DNA of 64,000 bases, from positions 256,001 through 320,000 of the forward strand of contig CAWGLD010000004.1 in the NCBI GenBank assembly GCA_963823335.1. Direction: 5' to 3'. The stretch comes from an uncultured delta proteobacterium (lineage in GTDB: Bacteria; Desulfobacterota; Desulfobacteria; Desulfobacterales; B30-G6). Under the pieces are notes generated by a model that ran no database searches, was not told the origin of the DNA, and was given only the letters and a program-made list of their open reading frames with translations. Positions within the stretch are counted from its first letter, which is position 1, and the number at the start of each line of letters is the position of its first letter. Of the stretch, positions 19,020 to 28,270 are shown piece by piece. The position numbers were made by a program, and so were the translations under genes.

Positions 19020-20825
19020 TTAACTATCCTTTGCCATGTTGTTTATGCAGTCTTGGGGTTGACAGGGAATCGTGATCGTAAACGAAGTCCCTTGGCCGGT
19101 GGCGCTATAAACCGCTATCTGCCCCTGATGGGCCTCGATAATTTTGTAGACGATGGCCAAGCCCAGCCCGGTTCCCCGTTTTTTGGTGGTAAAGTAGGGA
19201 TCGAAGATTTTATTGAGCTGATCAGGAGGAATCCCCGAGCCGGTGTCCTTCACGGTAATGTTGACATCGCCGTTTCCGGCTGCAGTGCATTGCACGGTCA
19301 GGGTGCCGCCGTTTTCCATAGCCTGGATGGCATTGATATAAAGGTTGAGAAGACACTGGGCCAGCCGGTCCGAATCTATCCATGGGTCGCAGACATCTTT
19401 TTCCGTATGCAAATCGATATCGATGTTCTTGTTGGCGGCATCCTGCTGAATCAGTTGTATGGACCGAGACAACAGTAATCCGATATCGTTCGGCTGCCTG
19501 TTCAGATCCGAGGGCCTCGCAAAATCCAATAATTCGGTGATCACCCGGTTTAAGCGATCCACTTCCTGTATCATGACACCTGCCGCTTCCCGGGCCTGAC
19601 TGCCGTCAGCAAACTGTCCAGCAAAAAATGTGGCCAGTGCCTTGATGGAGCTTAATGGATTTCTTACCTCGTGTGCCACGCCGGCAGCCAGTCCCCCCAT
19701 GGCGGCCAGTTTTTCCTGGCGGTGAATTTGATCCTGCAATCGACGAATTTCGCTCAAGTCCCTCAGTATGAGGACCTGCCCGACAAAATCGCCCGAGTTA
19801 TTCGTAATGCGGGTGGCACTGACACTTACCGCCGTTTTCCTGGTTCCTGAAAAAACACATTCCATTTCCTGCTCGGAAATCGTCTCCCCCTGATCAAGTT
19901 TTGGTTGCAGACCGCACAATCCATCAGGCAGAATTGTCAGCGGATTCTTGTTCAGGGTGACTGTTTTTTTCAGACCCGTAATTTTTTCAGCCGCGGCATT
20001 GAAAAAAGTTATCCGTCCAGACCGGTCCGTGGCAATCAAACCGACGGGCAGATGGCTGACCACCTCGTCGGCAAAAGCACTGGTGTCCTGCAATGACTTC
20101 CTGGCACCCCGATAACTGTACATCCAAAACAACGACACAAATCCGCCAAACCCCAGAACGAGCATGATGACAGACAGTACCACCGTGGTTCGTATATCAC
20201 CCTGAATCGCCTCTTCAAACGGGGTAACGTCCAAGCCTACCACAATCAACAGTTTTTGGCGTTTGTCCGCTGAAAGCCAATCCCCGGTTGAATCGGATCC
20301 CATACCATGCCGCTGCATCATCGACTGCATACGGCCAAAGGGCTTGTTTCCGTCGAAGGTCAAGGGGCGAAAATGCCGATGGACTTCAAATACTCGCTGC
20401 TGGTTGCTGCGTGTCACCAATTCCCAGTTTTCAAGTTCATCCGGTCCAAGATGCGTTATCTGGCGATCCTGATCAAACGGTTGATCGATCCTTAAAGGGT
20501 CGCTGTGAGCAACTGCCCGGCCGTTTTGATCAATGACCGCCATGTAGAGAACATCCGGCAGGCGAGCGGTTTCCTCGAGCAGTCGCTGTATCTGCTGCCC
20601 CCCCCACCGCATACCCATTATTCCCGTTCGGGCACCTGCCTCCACGGCTCGAATAAGCGCTGCACCCTTGGCACTCATAAGCTCCGACATATAGCGCCGT
20701 TCCCGGTTGGTGTTTTGAAATGCCAGCACCAACACGACAATCAGCAGGATGACGGTCAATCCCAGAATGATCCAGGGCGACGTTTGCATTCCTGTGCGCA
20801 GGCCGCTTTTGGATGGTTGCACCAT
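19020..20825 (-). CDS. zraS: Membrane PAS sensor histidine kinase, ZraS-like
   Basis: KGAALIRAVEAGARTG periplasmic motif, AHEVRNPL and DTGSG/GTGLG boxes. Confidence 0.88.
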   Translation of the reverse strand: MVQPSKSGLRTGMQTSPWIILGLTVILLIVVLVLAFQNTNRERRYMSELMSAKGAALIRAVEAGARTGIMGMRWGGQQIQRLLEETARLPDVLYMAVIDQNGRAVAHSDPLRIDQPFDQDRQITHLGPDELENWELVTRSNQQRVFEVHRHFRPLTFDGNKPFGRMQSMMQRHGMGSDSTGDWLSADKRQKLLIVVGLDVTPFEEAIQGDIRTTVVLSVIMLVLGFGGFVSLFWMYSYRGARKSLQDTSAFADEVVSHLPVGLIATDRSGRITFFNAAAEKITGLKKTVTLNKNPLTILPDGLCGLQPKLDQGETISEQEMECVFSGTRKTAVSVSATRITNNSGDFVGQVLILRDLSEIRRLQDQIHRQEKLAAMGGLAAGVAHEVRNPLSSIKALATFFAGQFADGSQAREAAGVMIQEVDRLNRVITELLDFARPSDLNRQPNDIGLLLSRSIQLIQQDAANKNIDIDLHTEKDVCDPWIDSDRLAQCLLNLYINAIQAMENGGTLTVQCTAAGNGDVNITVKDTGSGIPPDQLNKIFDPYFTTKKRGTGLGLAIVYKIIEAHQGQIAVYSATGQGTSFTITIPCQPQDCINNMAKDS

Positions 20826-20909
20826 GATGTGTCCTTTCAGTCAGCCCGAACATTTCGAATTCTTGAGATGCCCAGGTCAGGTGATCCGATAACACAACCT
20901 AAGACATGC

Positions 20910-20967
20910 GGGTAAATTGTAAACATATTTGCCCGTCAAAAAATATAAATCGTATAATATTTATACC
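20910..20967. promoter_or_regulatory. Third pair of UAS-like sites, upstream of zraSR
   Basis: GGGTAAATTGTAAACA and GTATAATATTTATACC, 42 bp apart. Confidence 0.5.
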
Positions 20968-20988
20968 AAAATAAATTTGTTTCACAAA

Positions 20989-21012
20989 TTTATCTGACGC
21001 GACGTTGTCGCT
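20989..21012 (+). repeat. Repeat family B, copy 2
   Basis: TTTATCTGACGCGACGTTGTCGCT. Confidence 0.8.
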
Positions 21013-21119
21013 TCTTGGGGTACGTAACTTGCCGGAGTAATCGCATCGGGTTTACTTCAATTTGACTGCAATGACTTTGGTGGTTACTGTTTTTACAATT
21101 GTTCAGAATGGGGTAATGT

Positions 21120-21896
21120 ATGAAAAAGTTAACTCGATTGAAAAATAGATGTATTGCCCGACTGGCGCATCTAAATCCCGCCTTCGCAGAATTTCTTACG
21201 GCATCCTATACACCCCAAAGATCAGAAGATGTTCCCTGGACACCGATAAAAAAACCATTGGCCGAATCCAAAATAGCTCTGGTTACGACGGCCGGTGTCC
21301 ACCATGCTCACCAAAAACCCTTTGACATGCAGGACCCCGCAGGGGATTCCACGTATCGAATGATTGACACAGAGACCATCGAACAGGATTATCTTATCAC
21401 ACACGACTATTATGATCACCGGGATGCAGAGAACGATCTAAACATTATATTTCCGGTTACACGGCTCAGGGAAATGGCCGCGGATGGGATTGTGGGCAGC
21501 GTCGCCGGGCATCATGTCAGCTTTATGGGTCATATCAAAGGCTCTCACCTGGAAAGTTTAATTGAAAACGATGCACCGGAAGTGGCTGCCCGTTTTGTAC
21601 AGGATCACGTTGATGCGGTTCTCCTGACACCGGGCTGAGGTCTGTGTAATCAATCCGTTGGATTGATTCAAAGGGAAATTGAAAGGCAGGGCATTCCAAC
21701 CGTAGGAATATCCATCGTCAGATCATATACCGAAAACGTCAGGCCACCTCGATCGATTTACCTGCGTTTGCCCTTTGGGCATCCATTGGGAGAACCTTTC
21801 AATACTGCCCAACAAACCGCCCTGATCGGCAAGGCCTTTGATGCTCTCTATTCCATTTCAACACCTGGAGAAATTGTAGACATACAAACTCCTTAA
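21120..21896 (+). CDS. Selenoprotein of the PrdB/GrdB (glycine/betaine/proline reductase selenoprotein B) family, 258 aa, Sec at TGA 21636-21638
   Basis: ORFs 21120-21638 and 21663-21896 are one frame: DAVLLTPG-U-GLCNQSVGLIQREIE..GIPTV..PPR..PFGHPLG (UxxC); also KIALVTTAGVH; SECIS follows the UGA. Confidence 0.9.
21648..21668 (+). promoter_or_regulatory. Bacterial SECIS element
   Basis: Perfect 9-bp stem AATCAATCC/GGATTGATT with a GUU loop; the loop G is the 19th nt after the UGA. Confidence 0.8.
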
Positions 21897-21929
21897 AAAT
21901 CACATGAAAAAAATCAATACGCCCCTAGG

Positions 21930-23117
21930 TTATGCCGCATCAAACCAATCCCGAGTCCTCAGGCAGATCCGGACCAGCATCAGCATGACCGGGACTTCGA
22001 TCAGAACACCCACCACCGTGGCCAGTGCAGCACCCGATGACAGTCCAAAGAGCATGGTAGAGGTTGCAATGGCCACTTCGAAGTGATTGGAGGCACCGAT
22101 CATGGCCGCCGGTGCCGCGTTTTCATAAGAAAGCTTCAATTTCTTGGCCAGCCAGTAGCCGAGAACAAAAATCAGCAGGGTCTGGACAAACAATGGAACG
22201 GCAATCCACAAAATGGTCAATGGATTGGCCACGATCACCTCTCCCTTGAATGAAAACAACAACACCAGGGTTATCAGCAGGGCAATGATCGTGATGGGTG
22301 TCAGTACATGTAGAAACGTCTGTTTGAACCATTCTGCACCCTTCAAGGCGATAATCCATTTGCGGGAGAGGTAACCGGCTACCAGTGGAAGCGCCACATA
22401 GATACCGATAGAAAGCAGCAATGCCTGCCAGGGCACCGGCAGTCTTCCCACACCCAGCAGAAATCCGCCTAAAACACCATAGAGCACCAGCATGGCCAGG
22501 GAGTTGATTGCCACCATCACCAGGGTAAGCCCGTCATTGCCCCGGGACAGATACCCCCAGACCAGGACCATGGCGGTGCAGGGCGCAATCCCCAGCAGGA
22601 TACAGCCGGCCAGGTAGCTTCGCCACAAGGGCACCTGAAGCATCTTTACGCCATCCACCATCAGCACGGTACCGGCGCCGTGTTCCGCCCCCACCGGCAG
22701 ATCCAGGCCAAAAGGCATCCTGACGATATCCACCGCATCCGGTCCGATGAATCCGAAAAACAGTGTGCCCAGAAAAAAAGAAGCAATACCATACATGGTA
22801 AAGGGTTTAATGGCCCAGTTGATAACCAGGGTCAGGAACACCGGTTTGCCACTCTTGCCGGCCTTGATGACTTCACCGAAGTCGATCTTCACCATGATGG
22901 GGTACATCATGAAGAACAGGCATACGGCAATGGGAATCGACACCACGGGTGCGTCGTTGACATGGATCGCCAGGCTGTCCAGATAACGGGCCATGCCGGG
23001 AGCCACTTTTCCCAATAGAATGCCGGCAACAATACAAAGGATCACCCACACAGATAAATAGCGTTCAAACAGACTGCTCATTTTACGGGTATTGTTCTGA
23101 GTTGGCTGAAGATTCAT
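21930..23117 (-). CDS. acr3: ACR3-family arsenite efflux transporter
   Basis: [37 protein letters not shown] and GVLIEVP. Confidence 0.95.
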   Translation of the reverse strand: MNLQPTQNNTRKMSSLFERYLSVWVILCIVAGILLGKVAPGMARYLDSLAIHVNDAPVVSIPIAVCLFFMMYPIMVKIDFGEVIKAGKSGKPVFLTLVINWAIKPFTMYGIASFFLGTLFFGFIGPDAVDIVRMPFGLDLPVGAEHGAGTVLMVDGVKMLQVPLWRSYLAGCILLGIAPCTAMVLVWGYLSRGNDGLTLVMVAINSLAMLVLYGVLGGFLLGVGRLPVPWQALLLSIGIYVALPLVAGYLSRKWIIALKGAEWFKQTFLHVLTPITIIALLITLVLLFSFKGEVIVANPLTILWIAVPLFVQTLLIFVLGYWLAKKLKLSYENAAPAAMIGASNHFEVAIATSTMLFGLSSGAALATVVGVLIEVPVMLMLVRICLRTRDWFDAA

Positions 23118-23185
23118 GGTCTGTCCACTCCTGTTAAAATTATTTATCGGGTCAATCGTTACTGTGATCTTATCAGAAGCCGGCA

Positions 23186-23893
23186 TCAAGCAGAGGCAAT
23201 AAACGGGTTAAGAATAAAATAGAAGCCCAGGAGGGCAATAACGACACCGGCTCCTTTGCGAAACCATAGACCGGCTCCCTGCCAGGAACTGTTTTCAGTC
23301 AATTTCCGCACCCATGCAGTGGAGCTGCCTGCCACCAGTATGGGGAGACAATGCCCCAGGGCAAACAGGACAATCAGAAAAACACCTGTCATGATCTCCT
23401 GCTGAATGGTGACAATCGCCAGGATCGGCGCGATGAACCCGAACGTACACGACCCGGACAGGACACCATAGGCCAGACCCAGAACAAAGGCGCCTGAAAC
23501 CCCTTTGATATTCAGCCTGTAAAGCAAGGATCCGGACATGGAGCATGCCTCGACGCCCAGCATACCCAGGGCCACCCAGATCAGCATCCCTCCCACCAGC
23601 ACCTGCCACCAGATACCCACGTCTCCAAGCATTCTGCCCAGCCAGATACATATCAGACCTACCAGTGCAATCGTGATAAACAATCCCAGTGTAAAAGCCC
23701 CGGCAAACCACCCGGCCGTCTTTGGGTTGACAGCTGTTTCCTGGCCAGCCACATAGGCCACGATCAACGGTATGGATGCCAGATGACAGGGGCTGAAAAG
23801 AACACTTATCATTCCCCATGAAAAACTGCCTATGGCAGCATACCAGGAACCAGCCGTCATCCAGCTGTTTACGGCAAGAAATAAAGTTTCCAA
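23186..23893 (-). CDS. CcdA/DsbD-type transmembrane electron transporter
   Basis: SPCHLASIP and GSCT cysteines; six TM helices; TTG start. Confidence 0.88.
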   Translation of the reverse strand: METLFLAVNSWMTAGSWYAAIGSFSWGMISVLFSPCHLASIPLIVAYVAGQETAVNPKTAGWFAGAFTLGLFITIALVGLICIWLGRMLGDVGIWWQVLVGGMLIWVALGMLGVEACSMSGSLLYRLNIKGVSGAFVLGLAYGVLSGSCTFGFIAPILAIVTIQQEIMTGVFLIVLFALGHCLPILVAGSSTAWVRKLTENSSWQGAGLWFRKGAGVVIALLGFYFILNPFIASA

Positions 23894-23926
23894 GATATCA
23901 AACCCAAAATAAAATCGTAGAACGAT

Positions 23927-23951
23927 TTTATCGAACGCGACGTTGTCGCTC
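23927..23951 (+). repeat. Repeat family B, copy 3
   Basis: TTTATCGAACGCGACGTTGTCGCTC. Confidence 0.8.
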
Positions 23952-23972
23952 TATAACGATAGGCATTCAAAT

Positions 23973-24377
23973 TTAATCAATGCCCATGGAATGTAAAACA
24001 CCGACAATCGCTTTCTCGCTAAAAAATCCTACATGCCGGTAGGTTTCCTTTCCTGTTTCATCATAAAATATCTGTGTCGGAATGACCTTGACACCATATT
24101 TGATCGCCTGATCCTTATTCTCCCAGACATCGATAAAAACGATGGCAGCTTTGCCTTCATACTGCTTTTCCATCTTCTCCATGATGGGTGCCATCATTTT
24201 ACAAGGGACGCATTTTTTGGCGCCCAGATCGATCATAGTAACCATGCCTTCGACCGGTAGCCGGTTCAGGTCTACATGACTCTCTGCATAACAGTTCAAC
24301 CCGGGCATCAGAATAGCCAGGGACAAAACCAGGGGAATCTTTATAAACTTGATTGTTACTCTTTGGATTCGATTCAT
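23973..24377 (-). CDS. Exported thioredoxin-family protein
   Basis: Signal peptide; DLGAKKCVPCKMM and IPTQIF. Confidence 0.88.
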   Translation of the reverse strand: MNRIQRVTIKFIKIPLVLSLAILMPGLNCYAESHVDLNRLPVEGMVTMIDLGAKKCVPCKMMAPIMEKMEKQYEGKAAIVFIDVWENKDQAIKYGVKVIPTQIFYDETGKETYRHVGFFSEKAIVGVLHSMGID

Positions 24378-24408
24378 ACAGTTCGGCTTTCCTTTGCCAT
24401 CACCAATA

Positions 24409-24645
24409 TTATGCGCTGATCCATAATTTGATTTCTTCTGCTTTGGGAATCTTGCCCACACTCTTCACCTCACCGTCAACAACCACAGCTGGTGTTCCGA
24501 AAACGCCGTAGCCGGAAATTTCCATGATATCGGTGATCTTTTCCACTGTTGCGCTTACACCGGCCTCTTTAACGACTTCTTGGACAATCTTTTCCGTCTG
24601 TTGACACTTGGGACATCCAGGCCCCAATATTTTGATATCCACCAT
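24409..24645 (-). CDS. Small redox-active disulfide protein (MTH895-like thioredoxin)
   Basis: IKILGPGCPKC..TPAVVVDG; RBS AAGGAGG. Confidence 0.9.
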   Translation of the reverse strand: MVDIKILGPGCPKCQQTEKIVQEVVKEAGVSATVEKITDIMEISGYGVFGTPAVVVDGEVKSVGKIPKAEEIKLWISA

Positions 24646-24728
24646 ACCCTCCTTCTTAATTAAACTTTCTTCCGTCAGTACTATTGGCCCAAATGAGTCT
24701 TTACCTTGATAACCCAAAAATTTGACCA

Positions 24729-24819
24729 GTCTGATCGGCTTTAAGCAAGGCATTCAAGCCTGAAGCCGTAGTGAAACTACTGCGAAGGCTTAATAACGCA
24801 GCACCAGAGTCGATCAGAC
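24729..24819. repeat. Nested palindromic REP-like structure overlapping the arsP stop
   Basis: Outer stem GTCTGATCGGCT/AGTCGATCAGAC; inner stems AAGCCT/AGGCTT and GTAGT/ACTAC. Confidence 0.55.
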
Positions 24820-26142
24820 AAAAAAATGGCCGAAAATAAGACCGCTGAGACTAGCCATCAGCACCACCAGACTCACAAAAACCACTGTTTTGGCAGTCCC
24901 AATCACGCTGCGGATAACCAGCATGTTGGGAAGGCTCAATGCCGGTCCGGCCAGCAGCAATGCCAGGGCCGGTCCTTTGCCCATGCCTGCACCGATCAGT
25001 CCCTGCAGGATCGGCACCTCGGTCAACGTGGCAAAGTACATAAAGGCTCCCACCAGGGATGCGAAGAGGTTGGACCCGAGCGAATTGCCCCCCACCAGGT
25101 TGCTGACCCAATGCGAGGGGATCACCCCTTCTGAACCCGGACGCCCCAGCAGAAAACCGGCTGCCAGAACGCCAGCCAGCAGGAGCGGGGCGATCTGTTT
25201 CGCAAAGTCCCAGGATGAGACAAACCATGTTTCAGTTTCGCCACGTGTGGTGGTCAGAAGCATGACAAAGGCGATGATACCGACAGAAAAAGCCATGAGC
25301 GGCTTTTCGGGAAAAGCCAGTGCCAGAATCAGTACAACGATCCCGGCCACGACAACTTTAACCGTTTTTACCCCCATCCATCGGATCATCATACCACCCA
25401 TAATCGCTGAAAAAATACCGGTGAGCCACCATTTTACAACGTATACAGCAAACCATAATCCACCCGCCTCCTCGGGCCTGCCCCAGGTAGCAAATATCAA
25501 AAGCAGCACCATTACGCCAAAAAAAAGCGTATTCTGCCAAAGAGGACGCTTCACTTCCGCTTCCGGCAGATACATGGCAGCCTCGGCTTTGGCTTTTTCC
25601 TCTTTGCGGTATATCAGGTGCATGAACAGGCCGATCACGACACTGAACACAATGGCTCCGACTGCACGTGCGAGACCGATTTCAGGCCCCAAAATACGCG
25701 CGGTCAAAATGACGGCCAGAACGTTAACCGCCGGCCCGGAGTATAGAAACGCGATGGCCGGTCCCAAGCCCGCGCCCCGCTTCCATATACCTGCAAACAA
25801 TGGCAGAACCGTGCAGGAACATACCGCCAAGATAGAACCGGAGACACTGGCAACCCCATATGACAGTACCTTGGGGGCACCGGCACCCAGGTATTTCATC
25901 ACAGACGCCTGGGAGACGAACACGGCGATGGCACCGGCAATAAAAAAAGCCGGCACCAGACACAGCAGTACGTGCTCCCGGGCATACCAGCGGGTTAAAG
26001 CCAAGGCCTCATGGATAGCATTCGAAAAACGGGAGCTCTCCAGGGGCAAAAAGAAGAAGATCAGAAAAGCGCCCGTTAGCAGGGCCAACGGCTTCCAGAT
26101 AGATTTCCAGTCCACGATACCGGGTTCTGTCCCGTGCTTCAT
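24814..26142 (-). CDS. arsP: ArsP/DUF318 permease
   Basis: AVCSCTVLPLF, FLYSGPA.N, YFATLTEVP and LSLPNM. Confidence 0.88.
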   Translation of the reverse strand: MKHGTEPGIVDWKSIWKPLALLTGAFLIFFFLPLESSRFSNAIHEALALTRWYAREHVLLCLVPAFFIAGAIAVFVSQASVMKYLGAGAPKVLSYGVASVSGSILAVCSCTVLPLFAGIWKRGAGLGPAIAFLYSGPAVNVLAVILTARILGPEIGLARAVGAIVFSVVIGLFMHLIYRKEEKAKAEAAMYLPEAEVKRPLWQNTLFFGVMVLLLIFATWGRPEEAGGLWFAVYVVKWWLTGIFSAIMGGMMIRWMGVKTVKVVVAGIVVLILALAFPEKPLMAFSVGIIAFVMLLTTTRGETETWFVSSWDFAKQIAPLLLAGVLAAGFLLGRPGSEGVIPSHWVSNLVGGNSLGSNLFASLVGAFMYFATLTEVPILQGLIGAGMGKGPALALLLAGPALSLPNMLVIRSVIGTAKTVVFVSLVVLMASLSGLIFGHFFV

Positions 26143-26238
26143 GTCTGTTCCCCTTGACGGGCACCCAAATTTCTTAAGCCGTCATTCCAATGTTCCAGCA
26201 TTCCATTTTCCCATTCTAATAGAAGTGAGCTATGTTTA

Positions 26239-26258
26239 CATATCGTCATAAAGCAATA
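26239..26258. promoter_or_regulatory. Putative ArsR operator upstream of arsP
   Basis: CATATCG-N8-CAATA, matching CATATCG-N8-GAATA at 26649-26668. Confidence 0.5.
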
Positions 26259-26290
26259 CATTCTTTTCCGATTTCAGCTCTACAGACAAA

Positions 26291-26638
26291 TCAGTTCCGG
26301 CCCAGTATTTCACACCTGTCAATGCGGACTATCTTTTCCAGGAGACCGGAAATTTCAGGTTCATCATTGAGCCAATGGCGCATATTGCCCAGCAGGTTGG
26401 ATGCATAAGGGCTTTGGCGGCCATCTGCCAGGAGATAGTTTACCCACAGCCCCTCTTTCTTGGAAACCACCAGACCTGCATCTTCTAATATTTTAAGATG
26501 TTTGCTGGCCGTCGACTGTGCAGTACCCAGGGCTGTCTGAATTTCACATACGCACATGACCCGCTTTCCCAGCATCTTGAGAATTTTGACTCTTGTGGGG
26601 TCAGATGAGGCTTTCATGACCTTTAAAAATTCTTTCAT
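26291..26638 (-). CDS. arsR: ArsR/SmtB-family repressor
   Basis: KASSDPTRVKI, MCVCEI metal-binding site and SKHLKIL..AGLV. Confidence 0.92.
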   Translation of the reverse strand: MKEFLKVMKASSDPTRVKILKMLGKRVMCVCEIQTALGTAQSTASKHLKILEDAGLVVSKKEGLWVNYLLADGRQSPYASNLLGNMRHWLNDEPEISGLLEKIVRIDRCEILGRN

Positions 26639-26648
26639 TTTACGTCTC

Positions 26649-26693
26649 CATATCGCTTTTTTAGAATATAGTCTCCTCGCAACCTCTTGTCAA
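26649..26693 (-). promoter_or_regulatory. sigma70 promoter of arsR with overlapping operator
   Basis: TTGACA (26693-26688)-17 bp-TATATT (26670-26665); operator at 26649-26668. Confidence 0.7.
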
Positions 26694-26817
26694 GAGATGC
26701 TTGCCTCTTGGTCCGAAGTAACCGGAGATACCGGTGTGAGTTTTATAGACTCCCACATGCGCGGGAGTGACGGCATGCTTATCTATAGTATAATCGTACA
26801 GGGTATTACCGGGCAGG

Positions 26818-28158
26818 TCAGTGCACAGAATAAATTTGGGACTTGTATTTTTCGAAGGGAAGCGTCAAAGAAACAGTCGTACCTTTGCCGGGTATGCTGC
26901 GAAGATCTATATTGCCGCCATGGGCTTGGATGATGGTTTTACACAGGCTGAGCCCCAAACCGTACCCGCCGGTATCCCTGGATCGTGACTTGTCGACCCG
27001 GTAGAAAGGCTCCCAGATATAGGTCAAGACTTCCGGTTGGATACCGATGCCGTTATCCGCGATCTCGATGACGACCAACCCACCCCGGGCATCGATGGAA
27101 ATTCGAACCGTCTGGCTGTCTTCTGTGGAATATTTGATGGCGTTATCCAGCACGTTCTTCAGGACGATCTTGATCTGCTCGGGGTCCACCATACATGGAA
27201 ACGCTACCCCTGTGCTGCTGAACGCAACGCCGGGTGGCTGCTGACGATAGGTGGCAACGACATCATCGATGAGTCGGGCAAGATCAATTTCCCGGAGATC
27301 AAGACGGCTGTGGTCATGATGCATGCGGGCAGTCTCCAGAATATGGGTAATCATCTCCTCCATTTCTTGGATATCGGATTGCACCAGTTCTCTGGTTCGG
27401 CTCTCTTTTACAAATTCAAGCGCTACTTTCATGCGTGTCAAGGGAGAGCGCAGTTCATGGCTGACATCCCGCAGCAGTTGTTCCTTGGCGGTAATCATTT
27501 CGTCGAGACGTTGGGTCATGGCGTTGAAAGCCTGGGACAACTGGCCGAGTTCATCCGATTTTGTAACAGGAACCCGATGTTTCAGATTGCCACGACCGAC
27601 CTCTTTCACACCCGCATCCAGCCATTTGATGGGTCGCAGAATCCTTCGGATCAACACATAAGCACCCAGCAGAATCAGTGTGACGGATAAAACGATAAGA
27701 CCGTGAATCCATTTCAGGACCGGATTTCTTTCGTATTCACCCGACAATTCAAAGATAAAATCGCCCCTGACATGTCGGTATTCAATATAGAAACGGCCGT
27801 GGGACATCCCCCCGCGAATATTCGGTTTGTCACCCCAGGCTCTAAAATGGATTCTGTGGCGATCAATGGTATCAGGAGATGTGGACCAGGAGGAGTTCGG
27901 GCCCTGAAAGTGAATTTGAAGTCCGGCCTGGCGAGCCAATGCAGCGGCGCGTTCATAACTGGGAGGCGTCCCCAGATCATCGATGACATAATTGAGATAT
28001 TGATGGATATTGCTGTGAAAGGGCCGTCCAGCCATGGCTCGGTAAGCCCAGAAAAATCCCCATAGCGTGACATTGATGGCGATGCCGGCGATCAGAATGA
28101 TCATCACCATTTTGGTAAAGACAGAGTTAAAAAACTTTTTGAACCAGTGCGGGGGCAT
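26818..28158 (-). CDS. HAMP-domain sensor histidine kinase
   Basis: Two TM helices, HAMP, SHELRSPL, NAIKY, DNGIG and GYGLG. Confidence 0.92.
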   Translation of the reverse strand: MPPHWFKKFFNSVFTKMVMIILIAGIAINVTLWGFFWAYRAMAGRPFHSNIHQYLNYVIDDLGTPPSYERAAALARQAGLQIHFQGPNSSWSTSPDTIDRHRIHFRAWGDKPNIRGGMSHGRFYIEYRHVRGDFIFELSGEYERNPVLKWIHGLIVLSVTLILLGAYVLIRRILRPIKWLDAGVKEVGRGNLKHRVPVTKSDELGQLSQAFNAMTQRLDEMITAKEQLLRDVSHELRSPLTRMKVALEFVKESRTRELVQSDIQEMEEMITHILETARMHHDHSRLDLREIDLARLIDDVVATYRQQPPGVAFSSTGVAFPCMVDPEQIKIVLKNVLDNAIKYSTEDSQTVRISIDARGGLVVIEIADNGIGIQPEVLTYIWEPFYRVDKSRSRDTGGYGLGLSLCKTIIQAHGGNIDLRSIPGKGTTVSLTLPFEKYKSQIYSVH

Positions 28159-28188
28159 AATCGTTTCGTGCTCCGGATTTTTATGACG

Positions 28189-28270
28189 ATAGCTTTAAGC
28201 GGTAAGCTATAAGCTATAAGCTTTAGGCTGTTACCGGTCAACCTGCTTACCGCTTATCGCTTATGGCTTA
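28189..28270. repeat. Inverted array of 7-bp tandem units (TAAGCNN)n...(GCTTANN)n
   Basis: Left arm 28196-28223, right arm 28245-28270; the right arm matches 60170-60195 at 25/26. Confidence 0.8.

Noticed and set aside
24890-26251. 453-aa plus-strand ORF, and similar long ORFs at 9781-10599, 35731-36873, 37326-38081, 47086-47862 and 57389-58294
   Set aside because: These are antisense shadows of well-supported genes and have no recognisable motifs.
9400-26700. Metal-resistance region as a discrete integrative element
   Set aside because: No integrase, tRNA or att-like direct repeats were found at its edges; it is reported only as a gene cluster.
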